Shown piece after piece: positions 38,146 to 48,334 of a stretch of 64,000 nt of DNA. Where the stretch lies: positions 160,001 to 224,000 of IMG/VR virus record IMGVR_UViG_3300031555_004294; one strand, written 5' to 3'. The notes beneath the pieces were generated by a model. It was not told where the DNA came from and did not search any database. It was given only the letters and a program-made list of their open reading frames with translations. The translations under genes and the position numbers were made by a program. Numbering within the stretch: the first letter of the stretch is position 1; every line of letters begins with the position of its first letter. This DNA is from a virus. Its lineage: Duplodnaviria; Caudoviricetes.

Positions 38146-38913
38146 TTAAATTAAAATTGAGATCAAAGGTACTATGAAGTTTATATAATTATAGGAAATG
38201 TCAATATTTTGTAAAAGCTCATCATTAGCATCGTCCAAATACAGAACATATTTTGTATATCGATCACTTAGTCTGTAACTGTTATTTGGATTAATTTCTC
38301 TATAAAACTCTATAGGTAATTTTCTCTCCAAATAATCTAGACGTAATTTTTGCAAATTCTTAAATATCAATTCCTTATTGTTAGCTTTTTCATTGAGTTT
38401 TATAATTGAGCAAATATGAGCTAACAATGGATGATCATTATCTACAGCTCCTTTGATGTCAAAATTGTTATTCCATACAGAATAGTAAAACTCAATTTTG
38501 TTCAGATAGCAATATGAACTATAACGATTTTTCATAGAAAATTCTATGTTATTACCTACTTTAAGATTTTTACATTGTTTTTTGATTACAAATATAGCAT
38601 CTTTTTTGATGGACAAAATATCAGCATTTTCCAACTCATTTTGATTACAAAATTCAACTCTTGCTTCTTTAAATGCATTCATCAGGTTTCTAGTAAAAAT
38701 ACTATTGTCGATTTGCAATTTTCCTATTTCTATAGTTCTTTCTTGTTTGGTAAAATTCTCTTCTAGATACTTAATTTTACTAGGCTTGAGTAATTCATAC
38801 TCTTTGATGAGATTGAAACCAGCTTCTTTCATATCATATTCTCGAATTACAGATTTTAGGAGACCTATATCGTGATTGATATAAAGATGCTGATTGGCTA
38901 AAGTTGCTGACAT
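38146..38913 (-). CDS. Small PolB-palm-like protein (putative DNA polymerase fragment)
   Basis: IREYDMKEAG (motif A-like) and ILSIKKDAIFV (motif C-like). Confidence 0.45.
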   Translation of the reverse strand: MSATLANQHLYINHDIGLLKSVIREYDMKEAGFNLIKEYELLKPSKIKYLEENFTKQERTIEIGKLQIDNSIFTRNLMNAFKEARVEFCNQNELENADILSIKKDAIFVIKKQCKNLKVGNNIEFSMKNRYSSYCYLNKIEFYYSVWNNNFDIKGAVDNDHPLLAHICSIIKLNEKANNKELIFKNLQKLRLDYLERKLPIEFYREINPNNSYRLSDRYTKYVLYLDDANDELLQNIDISYNYINFIVPLISILI

Positions 38914-38930
38914 AAAAATCGCTCTTTCCT

Positions 38931-39587
38931 CTAAATTTCTATAATATCTTCAACTTCTGCAAATCTACCATAGTCTTCATATTTGTAGATTGCTGAATAT
39001 ACGCATTGATCCTTATATTTGTTGTATACATTAATTAGTTCGTTTCTTTCTTTTTCTAAAAATTTAGAGTCTCTATTTTTACGTCTACCATCTTCTGAAA
39101 TATTTTCATTATCGATATCAAATAACAGTATCATTGGAATTACAGATAGTTTTTCTTCATTTATGAAATCAAATAGATCATTTATAGCATCATAACTAGC
39201 AATGACTGTATTAATTTTATTGTCTGCAAATAAAGGTAATGTTCCATACTGATTTTCATTAAACGATTTTAATCTTGCAATTAAAGAATCTTGCATGTAA
39301 TCATAAACGTCTTTGTTCACAAAGTAATATCCATTGTCATTGTCATTACGTTTTTCTCTAGTAGTAATTTGAGGTAGTTTATTAAAATAAATTGGGTGTG
39401 TCGCAATTAATTTCTCTTCAAATGTTGTTTTACCACTACCAGAGCAACCAGCAATAATTAATAACAGATTTGGGTTTTCATCAAACTTACAATGACAAAT
39501 TCTCTTTCTAAGATCATCATAATACGTTGTTTTATTGAAAAGACCAGATGATAGAAGTTGTTTAATATACAATCGTTGTTTTATCAT
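38931..39587 (-). CDS. Guanylate kinase-like protein
   Basis: GCSGSGKT P-loop, TTREKR, YYFV, NQYGT. Confidence 0.8.
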   Translation of the reverse strand: MIKQRLYIKQLLSSGLFNKTTYYDDLRKRICHCKFDENPNLLLIIAGCSGSGKTTFEEKLIATHPIYFNKLPQITTREKRNDNDNGYYFVNKDVYDYMQDSLIARLKSFNENQYGTLPLFADNKINTVIASYDAINDLFDFINEEKLSVIPMILLFDIDNENISEDGRRKNRDSKFLEKERNELINVYNKYKDQCVYSAIYKYEDYGRFAEVEDIIEI

Positions 39588-39591
39588 ATCT

Positions 39592-40434
39592 TTACCTTCT
39601 CTTTCTTTTTTGTTCTTTGTAATCGCTTAGATTCATTTCTTGTAGTTTTTCTTTAATCGCATTCTTACATAGTTTATCACAAATGTTATTCATTAATGTT
39701 GCTTTGCTACTATCAGTTTTAATAGGAGTGTGTCCCTTCACCCAACTTATATAAACATCCAAACAGTTTAGATAAAAATACAATTCATTAAGTAATTCTC
39801 GCATTATTTCAGAATAGTATGTTGAAACTTCTTCAGCCTTACATTTTTTGATAACAGATTTGATTACTTTTGGACGAATAATATAACTTTGTAGATTTTG
39901 GCTGTCACTACTAATTATGATTTTAGAATTTTTTAAATGTATTCTATTTTCAGTCTTATACAAATGTCTAAAAGCAACTAATACTGCTAATAATTCCGTA
40001 ATATTGTTATCTAAAAATTGCTCATAAACATTAGTAGTTCTAAAAATTTCCGTACCATCTTTGTAAACGATAACAGATAATGCAGATAATTTTATAGAGT
40101 CTTTGTCGTTACCATAATTATATACACCACCATCACAATAAATAGTATAGATTGTACCAGAAAATTCTTTATCTGAGTCTTTAACTAATTTGAAGACTTG
40201 TGAATTTTGGATTTTTATTTTGTTTGCTTGTGTTAATAGACAATGATATTTTAAATAACCTTTTTCAATTTCCTTATGTTTAATAATGAATCCATAATTT
40301 TCAAATCGAACATTATTGGTTACTTTTTCTATCTTCTTTATAACATCGCATTCATAGTAATTGGTAGCAATAAAAATCATCCTCCTTCTATAATCATTTT
40401 CTAATGGGCAGACCATTTTCTTGTAAAATTTCAT
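39592..40434 (-). CDS. Ribonuclease HI-like, paralog 2
   Basis: YCDGG, NNITEL, SDSQ, WVKGH, NNICDKL. Confidence 0.85.
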   Translation of the reverse strand: MKFYKKMVCPLENDYRRRMIFIATNYYECDVIKKIEKVTNNVRFENYGFIIKHKEIEKGYLKYHCLLTQANKIKIQNSQVFKLVKDSDKEFSGTIYTIYCDGGVYNYGNDKDSIKLSALSVIVYKDGTEIFRTTNVYEQFLDNNITELLAVLVAFRHLYKTENRIHLKNSKIIISSDSQNLQSYIIRPKVIKSVIKKCKAEEVSTYYSEIMRELLNELYFYLNCLDVYISWVKGHTPIKTDSSKATLMNNICDKLCKNAIKEKLQEMNLSDYKEQKRKRR

Positions 40435-41128
40435 TTATAGATTCATTGCACAATCTATCACATTTTACATTCATTTCGTTCCATATAGTGTCTCTATCGT
40501 CTTCATGTCCTCTAACCCAACAAGTTAAAATTTCAAACTCAGGATTATGTAAGTATCTGTTAAATGATTCTAACAATTCCTTATTTGCAACTGGTTTTCC
40601 TTCATTATTTCTCCAGTTTCTTTTAATATAACCAGTAAGCCATTCATTGATGGACTTTATAAAATATTGTGAGTCAGATACTAATATTACAAATTTCTTA
40701 GTATCATTGTAATTCTCATTTAAAAAATCTAATCCATCTAATCCAGCTCTTAACTCACAATAATTATTGGTAACGTCTTTTTCTGCTTTACTATTACAAA
40801 AAATTTCCTTACCATTTTTGGTTACAATAGTAGCCATACTACCAAAAACTGGTTTATTTGGATCTTTACCGCCATTGTTAAAAGAACCACCATCTGAAAA
40901 AATCATATAAACATCATCTTTAAATGTAATATCGTCACCTGAAATTATTCTTAAATTTTCTGGTAATTTATCGACCAAATCAATATTATCTTTGTAGAAA
41001 AAGCAATCCTTATAAGTAGTCTTTCTAGTTTGTTTACTATAAGTTTTTGATTTAAATGGGATATTGTGCTCTTCTAACCAGATATTTCGATAATCTGAAT
41101 TTTCCAATGTAAGTTTAAAAAATTTCAT
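40394..41128 (-). CDS. rnhA: Ribonuclease HI, paralog 1
   Basis: FSDGG, TNNYCEL, SDSQY, W...PVANKEL, WVRGH, NVKCDRL. Confidence 0.9.
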   Translation of the reverse strand: MKFFKLTLENSDYRNIWLEEHNIPFKSKTYSKQTRKTTYKDCFFYKDNIDLVDKLPENLRIISGDDITFKDDVYMIFSDGGSFNNGGKDPNKPVFGSMATIVTKNGKEIFCNSKAEKDVTNNYCELRAGLDGLDFLNENYNDTKKFVILVSDSQYFIKSINEWLTGYIKRNWRNNEGKPVANKELLESFNRYLHNPEFEILTCWVRGHEDDRDTIWNEMNVKCDRLCNESINEILQENGLPIRK

Positions 41129-41198
41129 AATTTTTCCTCCTCTATTATAGTTCTTTTATAATATATCTTTATATTTTCTTTTAAAAAAATAAAATTTC

Positions 41199-41235
41199 AA
41201 TTCCCTTAACTCCTATTTTAAGAGTTAAGGGAATT
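41199..41235 (-). terminator. Terminator hairpin
   Basis: AATTCCCTTAACTC/GAGTTAAGGGAATT. Confidence 0.7.
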
Positions 41236-41243
41236 TATATAAA

Positions 41244-41386
41244 ATAAAAATGAATATAAAAATTACAACAGGAGAAAATAGAAACAAAACAGATTAAACC
41301 ACAAAAAGAAGATGCAAACCATGATTAATAATTTTTTTTTTGGAGGTAAGGAAATTAATTCAATTCTATCTTATATTCATTTTTAT
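41244..41386 (-). repeat. Perfect 16-bp inverted repeat enclosing a 111-nt loop; candidate structured RNA
   Basis: ATAAAAATGAATATAA (41244-41259) / TTATATTCATTTTTAT (41371-41386). Confidence 0.6.
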
Positions 41387-41396
41387 GAACAAAAAG

Positions 41397-42104
41397 TTAT
41401 GCAAGTTTTAATTCGTCATTCTCAGAAACTATTGTCTGAGCTTCTAATTGATTCTCCATAACTATTTGCTGGAATTTTTTCTTTAATATATAATTGTTTG
41501 ATTGTAAAGCATCTTTACTTGACAAATTATTCAAAGTATCTAAAGCATCAAATAAGTCTTGAGAGATGTAGTCATTGTAATCTTCAATAAATTTTTTGAC
41601 ATTTCCATATACGAGCTTTAAATTAATGAAAACCTCACCATTATGTGCAAGTTCATGTACAGTCTTAGTTAATGGAACTAAACCAATCATATTTTCATAG
41701 TGTATTCTCATAACCTCATTTGCCACATCAAATGTATTAGTGGAATGACTATAAAAATCTGTTTGTTTTTTCAATACAGTATCTACAATTTCATATAAGT
41801 TGAAAGGGTAATGATGAAATTCTATAGAAACGCCTTTAATATCTTTGCCATCTATATTAGATAAAAACTTACAAGAAGTTAAATCTTGTTCTTCTTTCAA
41901 ATACTTGATATATGCACGATATTCAATAGAACTACGGACTATTGTCTCTATGGATTTTATATATTTTTTGAGTTTCTTTTCATCATCATACTCATAAAAC
42001 CTATAATTGAAAGGCTTAGGTTCACCAACATCTATTTTTACAATTTCTATGTCATTTTTATTTAGAGTTTCTTTAGTTGTTGCTAAGTTATTTGGCAATT
42101 TCAT
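41397..42104 (-). CDS. HNH-like (His-Me) protein, paralog 2
   Basis: IEFHHYPF, IGLVPLTKTVHELAH; late motif at 42145-42156. Confidence 0.6.
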   Translation of the reverse strand: MKLPNNLATTKETLNKNDIEIVKIDVGEPKPFNYRFYEYDDEKKLKKYIKSIETIVRSSIEYRAYIKYLKEEQDLTSCKFLSNIDGKDIKGVSIEFHHYPFNLYEIVDTVLKKQTDFYSHSTNTFDVANEVMRIHYENMIGLVPLTKTVHELAHNGEVFINLKLVYGNVKKFIEDYNDYISQDLFDALDTLNNLSSKDALQSNNYILKKKFQQIVMENQLEAQTIVSENDELKLA

Positions 42105-42164
42105 TTATTCTCACCAACTTTCTTTTTTATATAAAAAATTCTTTTATATATTTGTTGGCTATTT

Positions 42165-42674
42165 TTACTCTATATCTTTTTTCTTGAACATAAACTCGCC
42201 ATCTTTAACTGCGGATCTCACAAATTTTCTCATCTTTTCATTGTTTAATTGAGTGATAGTACTAGTAACTTGATTTAATACTAATTCAGCAATATATTCT
42301 TTTAAGGATTCAAGAGTAAAATATTTCATAAGTAGCTGTATATATTCGTCTGAAAGAGAATTTATAACAGACATAACAATTTCTTTAACAGCCTCTTCTT
42401 GCTCTGTACCTTTTAAAAGTTTAGTTTCACTAAGTTCTGTTGAAGGTGAAAGAATCAAATCAGTGTAAACTTTACATTTAAAACCAGCGATGTAAGAAAG
42501 GAATTTAATATCTTCCTCGAATCTATATGTTGATTGAAGTTTTAAATTCTGTAATTGAGTAGATAAACTAATCATATATGTTTTAGACTTTTTTAATTTA
42601 AATGCGAGAATAAAAATTGTTGTTAAAAAAGCTATAAAAATTACAACTAAGAATACGATATTTCTTATATCCAT
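42165..42674 (-). CDS. Membrane-anchored protein
   Basis: Single N-terminal TM helix. Confidence 0.7.
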   Translation of the reverse strand: MDIRNIVFLVVIFIAFLTTIFILAFKLKKSKTYMISLSTQLQNLKLQSTYRFEEDIKFLSYIAGFKCKVYTDLILSPSTELSETKLLKGTEQEEAVKEIVMSVINSLSDEYIQLLMKYFTLESLKEYIAELVLNQVTSTITQLNNEKMRKFVRSAVKDGEFMFKKKDIE

Positions 42675-42797
42675 TTTTTATTTCCTTTCTAGAATTGTTT
42701 AATAAATTTTTAAAATTTCTATTTTTTAATAAAAAATTTAAATTTATATTATCTTTGAGTACCTTAAAAATCTTATAAAGTGAAGGAGAAAAACTGT

Positions 42798-43427
42798 ATG
42801 GGTTATTGGTCGATTCATCCTATGTGTGGAGATAAACCAGAAGAATGTAAAAGTAGTGTAACATATATCGCAATGAGTTATCTTATCGGTGAAATACAAA
42901 CTACTATGATTCTTGAAGAATGTTCAATTCCAGAAACATTACTTAACTGGATTAAAGAATGCAAAACAACTAACTATGACGAAATACTTGAAAATTATTG
43001 GGAGATAGAAATCACTGAGAAAAGACCTTTCCCATATGCTGATTTGTATAATTACTACAAGTATGATATCATCAGTAATTTCCTAGATGAAGAAGATGCA
43101 TTTGTAGTTCCTTTTATGTTCATTGAAAACAACATAAAAGTTAAACCAGAATACGTTCAGTACTTAATTGATATGCTAGGTAATGGTGATGCATCCTATA
43201 GAGGATATGAAGAATGGACTGGAGAGAGAAACCATCCAATGTATTATGTGAACATAGTTGAAAAATACTCTGATTCCTTCTTTAATGAAGAAAATCATGA
43301 TCTTGAGGATGAAGTATTTATTGAAGCACATAAAACTGAACTTATGGAAATTGAGCCTAAAAATTTATTTGAAACTATGTTTGATACTTTAGAAGGTAAT
43401 AACTCTAGTTTAGTTAACACACGTTGA
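42798..43427 (+). CDS. Acidic hypothetical protein
   Basis: AAGGAG RBS favours the MGYW start; early-like motif at 42743-42750. Confidence 0.7.
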   Translation: MGYWSIHPMCGDKPEECKSSVTYIAMSYLIGEIQTTMILEECSIPETLLNWIKECKTTNYDEILENYWEIEITEKRPFPYADLYNYYKYDIISNFLDEEDAFVVPFMFIENNIKVKPEYVQYLIDMLGNGDASYRGYEEWTGERNHPMYYVNIVEKYSDSFFNEENHDLEDEVFIEAHKTELMEIEPKNLFETMFDTLEGNNSSLVNTR

Positions 43428-43433
43428 TAATTG

Positions 43434-43474
43434 AAAGAGATATAGGATTTTAATTTCCTATATCTCTTTTTTTT
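43434..43474 (+). terminator. Intrinsic terminator
   Basis: AAAGAGATATAGGA/TCCTATATCTCTTT plus T run. Confidence 0.85.
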
Positions 43475-43519
43475 TGCTATGAAAGTGATTTTTATTCCTA
43501 TACAAACTTGGTCTTTCCA

Positions 43520-43547
43520 AACAAAAAATTATAAGAACAAAAGTATA
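43520..43547 (+). promoter_or_regulatory. Tandem AACA-N6-TA late-type promoters
   Basis: Copies at 43520-43531 and 43536-43547. Confidence 0.6.
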
Positions 43548-43587
43548 AGTCTACGTTATATAAAATAAAATGGGAGGATGTGATATA

Positions 43588-46500
43588 ATGGGTTTAAGAA
43601 TGGAACAATTTAACATAGAAGATCTGCTTAAATATTTTGTAGGTCGTAATGAATTTAGACGTAAAGATCTAGTAAATGCATTAAAAGGCTTAACTGATGA
43701 AGAACGTTCTACAATGAATATTACGAACTATTCAGAGTTTTATAGTTATTACAAATTTTTATATAGACTTCTGAAGGAAGATTTACTCACTGGTGTAGTT
43801 TCTACACCTACAAATAGTAAAGAACTAATAGCTCGGTCTTTTTATGAAGAAGAATTTTTAAGACGTTATCCTTTTGAATATATCTTGACTAAAAGACTAA
43901 ATGCGGATATTACTAGAGAACACAAATTTGTTTATAATGAGTCTGAATCTGCATGGAATTATATTTTAGCTGACGGTAATGAGATTTTTGCAAATTTAGA
44001 AGACTTTGGTATTGATACTCCAGATAATACGGACGATATAATTATTGGTTTTACACCATATAATGAAGTTACCAAAGAAAATGCTAAAGTCGTTTTATCT
44101 AATAACAGTTTAGTTGTAGATGTAGAAAAATTTGATAAAAAGGTAAGAACTTTATCAGAATGTTATTTCGACAATACTACTGATAATGATGAGTTATTTG
44201 AGAAAATCCTTGAAAGTAATCCAGTAATTGATGGTGATGATCCTAGAGTAAACTACTATGAGATTCCTATCATGATCGATGACAAGTACGAAATAGCTCC
44301 AAATGCAGATAATAAGCATAAGTTAGATGATCTCTTTACTTTAGATGAAACCATCTATTATGCAGATGATGTATATGGCAACAAGGAATTTACTAAGAAA
44401 GCAATAATTCTTGCTGAGCTAAGAAAAATTTTAAAAGCTCGTTCCATTAGCTTTACTAAGGAACAGATTGTAACTCTTGATGAATATGGTGATTTGGTTG
44501 ATTTAAATGTTGAAGGAGCTTTAGCTTTAGTTGTTGGTAGTAATCCTTTAACTAATGAAGATTTACCTGAAAATGACAATGTTACATTTAGAACAGTCCA
44601 AAATGAGATTAACAATCTAAAGGCTTATGTAAATGAGTATGTCGTCAATGAGAACATTACTTATGACAGTAAAGTTTATGATGAGAAATATTTCATCAAA
44701 AGAGGAGTAGCTAATTATGCAGGTTATGGTAACTGTACAGTAATTCCCCATAATACTAATCTTCGTCCAATTACTACTATTGTAAATTTAATTAATCCTG
44801 AGAATGAAAAAGATGTTGGTGATATTTATATTCGTTCTGATAGAAAAAATATCTATGTTTACAATAGTGGTAGTAATCAGTCAGAATTTGAATTTACAAC
44901 TATCTTTGACAATGGAGATTTCATAGAATTTCCTATAGATAAGTCTTTTGATGATTTCGTCAAAATGATTATCAATAGCATTGACAAAATAAAGGTCCAA
45001 TCAACTAATATATCTCTTGACAATAATGGCAAGTTAATGGTTAATTTGGTGGATGACAATAATAATCCACTCTTTAGTGAATCTGAATTTTTAATCATAG
45101 CTGATGAAGATGGAGATGAAGAGTATTATAGAATTGGAGATAATGATCTATTTACATTTGATGAAGAAAATAATACTTTAGTTGCAATTTCAGATGAAAT
45201 CGAATATCGAGTTGGTAATAATGTCTATGTCACATCTATAAATATGGAAGAATCTCCTATGATGTGGTTATTTAACAATTTGATGACTGATCCTAGTTAT
45301 TATGTTGTCAATGTTTCTAATTTTGATGAAATTACTATTCATCCTGATGAAGAAGATTTTGAAAAATATAAAAATAACGACAATTCTGTAAGTGAAGATA
45401 CTATTGAAAATCTAAAAACAATGGATAATGTTCAATTCGTTGATCTATCCAATTACAATGTTGGTAAAGAAGATGTTTTCTTTATTAATAGTTTAGCATA
45501 TTCAATAGCTGACGAAGACTATTTTGTTTCAATTAGATACACTGATGAAGATGTTAAACATATTTTAGCGATAATTGGCTTAGATATTGACGAAAACGAT
45601 AGTATTCAGATAAGCCGTTATCTCAATGAAATTAATCCATTCTCTAATGTAAACTCTTATGACTTTGATAAGTACGTTTACCTTAGAAATAATTCTTCTT
45701 TTGGTCGTCAAAGATTCAAACAGGATGTTATTCTTCTTGAAGGAGGTCATGAATTAGACCCTGCAAAGAGAGCTGTCCTAAAACCATCTACTAAATTGTA
45801 TACTTACAACTCTCTATCCAATAAGCTAGAATATTACATGACTTATGGTGAATATGGTGCACTAAGAGTTCAAAGATATGATGCTAACGACACTGTAAGA
45901 ATTCAAAAACAGACTGGTGTTACAGTTATTTCTCATAAACTAGGTAAAGTTCCTAATTTTGTAAGCATAAATCCAGTTGCAGAAAGTAATGTTTATGAAA
46001 ATGCAAAAGTTGGAAATATTACTTGGACGGTTGATGAAGAAAATCTGTATGTTTACAATAGCGGAGAATCTACTTGTGAATTTGATTGGTGTGTAGTCTA
46101 TGATAACAACTGTAAAACAGAAGAACTAAGTTATACTACTAAAAATATTATTGATAAGGATAGTCTGTTGTTATATAATTTACATCATGAAGTAAATGTC
46201 AATGAATTATACTACGATGGTGTAGATTATATTAAGTACAATGAGAAGACTAGTGAATTTTCTGTCTTTAATACAAATATCGACAATCATATCGGTACTG
46301 TTAAACTTTCGTATATTACTAGTAAACAAAATGTTAAAAATCCTAGATTCTTAAAGTATGTAAGTGACTTCGATAATCCTGATCAGGATGGTTATTTTGA
46401 CAGAGATGTCAACTCTCAACCAACTGGTGCAAAGGTACTTAACTATTCTGGTGAATTTAGATCGACTAAAGCAACGTTCTATGGAAGTACTATTGCACAA

Positions 46501-46875
46501 GCACTACCTATTGAAACTTTAGATGATGGTATTTTTAAAAATGGTAGTATTGTTAGTTACGTTGATGGTGTTTGTAAACTCTCAACCAATAATACACTAA
46601 ATACTGTAATTGGTGTTGTTGTTCCTAAAGAAAATTGTGCTGTAACTATTGATTTTTATAGTAAAAATGCTTTAAGAATTCCAGTTGCTTTTGCTGGAGT
46701 ACAGAAAGCTAGAATTATTGGTAACATCAATGTTGGTGATACTTTATATTTGGATTCTGTAACTGAAGGTATTTTATCTGCAAAAAATAATAGCGATAGA
46801 CCAATTGCTAGAGCATTACAAGCTCATAATGGCGAATTTGAAGAAGGTATTATTGATGTGATTCTTTCAATTTAA
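43588..46875 (+). CDS. Large virion protein, tail fibre/appendage-like
   Basis: Duplicated VI.H...P...VG.I....D..N.YVYNSG domain; C-terminal IGVVV..IPVAFAG..GNINVGD..IARAL domain typical of fibre ends. Confidence 0.6.
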   Translation: MGLRMEQFNIEDLLKYFVGRNEFRRKDLVNALKGLTDEERSTMNITNYSEFYSYYKFLYRLLKEDLLTGVVSTPTNSKELIARSFYEEEFLRRYPFEYILTKRLNADITREHKFVYNESESAWNYILADGNEIFANLEDFGIDTPDNTDDIIIGFTPYNEVTKENAKVVLSNNSLVVDVEKFDKKVRTLSECYFDNTTDNDELFEKILESNPVIDGDDPRVNYYEIPIMIDDKYEIAPNADNKHKLDDLFTLDETIYYADDVYGNKEFTKKAIILAELRKILKARSISFTKEQIVTLDEYGDLVDLNVEGALALVVGSNPLTNEDLPENDNVTFRTVQNEINNLKAYVNEYVVNENITYDSKVYDEKYFIKRGVANYAGYGNCTVIPHNTNLRPITTIVNLINPENEKDVGDIYIRSDRKNIYVYNSGSNQSEFEFTTIFDNGDFIEFPIDKSFDDFVKMIINSIDKIKVQSTNISLDNNGKLMVNLVDDNNNPLFSESEFLIIADEDGDEEYYRIGDNDLFTFDEENNTLVAISDEIEYRVGNNVYVTSINMEESPMMWLFNNLMTDPSYYVVNVSNFDEITIHPDEEDFEKYKNNDNSVSEDTIENLKTMDNVQFVDLSNYNVGKEDVFFINSLAYSIADEDYFVSIRYTDEDVKHILAIIGLDIDENDSIQISRYLNEINPFSNVNSYDFDKYVYLRNNSSFGRQRFKQDVILLEGGHELDPAKRAVLKPSTKLYTYNSLSNKLEYYMTYGEYGALRVQRYDANDTVRIQKQTGVTVISHKLGKVPNFVSINPVAESNVYENAKVGNITWTVDEENLYVYNSGESTCEFDWCVVYDNNCKTEELSYTTKNIIDKDSLLLYNLHHEVNVNELYYDGVDYIKYNEKTSEFSVFNTNIDNHIGTVKLSYITSKQNVKNPRFLKYVSDFDNPDQDGYFDRDVNSQPTGAKVLNYSGEFRSTKATFYGSTIAQALPIETLDDGIFKNGSIVSYVDGVCKLSTNNTLNTVIGVVVPKENCAVTIDFYSKNALRIPVAFAGVQKARIIGNINVGDTLYLDSVTEGILSAKNNSDRPIARALQAHNGEFEEGIIDVILSI

Positions 46876-46878
46876 AAA

Positions 46879-46918
46879 TAAAATCCGTATAAGACTTTAT
46901 GTCTTATACGGATTTTTT
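46879..46918. terminator. Bidirectional terminator
   Basis: AAAATCCGTATAAGAC/GTCTTATACGGATTTT. Confidence 0.85.
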
Positions 46919-46919
46919 A

Positions 46920-48305
46920 TTATGCATTGTATGCATTTACTAAGTGTTGTTCTAACTGAGTTAAATCAAGATAAGGATTGTAAGATTTATTACTCATCAG
47001 TAATGCTCTTTCATTACCTGTTTTCTTTTCATCCCATCCATAGTACCAACGGTTTGTATCATAATTAACTGCAAGATTGGTAAGATTAGTCTTGTCAGAA
47101 ATTGCAATTACATTATCGTAACCACCTACTTCAAAACCAAAGAAAGAAACCCAAGTCTTATCATTGGTAGTAGTGCCATATACAGCGTTGCAGAAATCAT
47201 CAAAACTACTAATACTTGAATCACCTGCTATGAAAGTTCTAGCCATGGATGCATATGCGATCCAGTTCTTAGCACTTAAAACTAAAACCTTAGAATTTTC
47301 ATTAGCAGAAATCTCTATTCTAGTTCTACCAGTATCGTCATACTCAAATTTTCCAATAAGATTTTGATTGAGTAGAACAGACATGTTAGAATAGTTATAA
47401 GTATTTGTAAGTTCAGTTGATTGATAGGAAGTTCTACCAATACTAACGCCTACAGAATTCTTTAAAGAAATGTCATAAAGATCACGATATTTAGACTTAT
47501 GAGCAGGATCGATAGAAGTGTAACGAACTACAATCTTATCAGAATTATCCTCATTGATTTCATAATAGTCACCACTGTCAAATTCCTGTTTAGTAACATT
47601 TTCGTCTAGAGTATAAATACCATTAACTAAGGTGTAATACCTTCCAATAGGATTATAAGACTCTGCAGCTTTAAATTCAGACGCAATATTAAATGCATCA
47701 TCTGAATGTAGCCATTGGATGGTTTTATTCTCGTTACTAAACTTAAAGCAGTCATTGTCATAATGAACACCATTTATATAGACAGATACGGAACTTCTGC
47801 TTACTGGACGACAAGAAATTTCAAAGGTTTCACCAGTATATAATGAATCTTCATATGTGTACTTTTCTGCAACTTCAACTAAATTACCACCTATATTGTT
47901 CTTTAGTCTTTCTATTTCAGCTTCAGCTTCAGCTAATCTTGTTTCATTGTTATCAGTAGAATCCCAAATTTCTATTAATGCAGCAAAGAAATTCTTAACA
48001 TTACCCTCAATTCTACTTATCAGTCTGCTATAACTAGCTTGGTCACTTGAACCATCTAATCTATCACCTATGACATCGTGGAATTCAGTTAAAAAAGTCT
48101 GATTAGCCAATTTAACTGATGCAATTTCAGAAAAAATCTGATTAACTGCACCAATTACAGTTTTGTCATTAGTTTCTAATCCGCCACCAGCGTCAGTATC
48201 AGGCAGATATTCATTTCCAGCTAAAGAACTACCAATTATCTTAGCTTGTAACGCTTTTAAATCTTCTGTGGTTAACCCACTTAAAACGCTATTAATGTCA
48301 GCCAT
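46920..48305 (-). CDS. Probable virion/tail fibre protein
   Basis: LETNDKTVIGAVN fibre-like motif, coiled coil, VYINGV domain. Confidence 0.55.
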   Translation of the reverse strand: MADINSVLSGLTTEDLKALQAKIIGSSLAGNEYLPDTDAGGGLETNDKTVIGAVNQIFSEIASVKLANQTFLTEFHDVIGDRLDGSSDQASYSRLISRIEGNVKNFFAALIEIWDSTDNNETRLAEAEAEIERLKNNIGGNLVEVAEKYTYEDSLYTGETFEISCRPVSRSSVSVYINGVHYDNDCFKFSNENKTIQWLHSDDAFNIASEFKAAESYNPIGRYYTLVNGIYTLDENVTKQEFDSGDYYEINEDNSDKIVVRYTSIDPAHKSKYRDLYDISLKNSVGVSIGRTSYQSTELTNTYNYSNMSVLLNQNLIGKFEYDDTGRTRIEISANENSKVLVLSAKNWIAYASMARTFIAGDSSISSFDDFCNAVYGTTTNDKTWVSFFGFEVGGYDNVIAISDKTNLTNLAVNYDTNRWYYGWDEKKTGNERALLMSNKSYNPYLDLTQLEQHLVNAYNA

Positions 48306-48334
48306 AATTTATCATTCCTCCCATTGTATTTTTA

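Noticed and set aside
42165-42674. Holin or spanin call
   Set aside because: Only one TM helix, far from the endolysin, and no lipobox partner; insufficient evidence.
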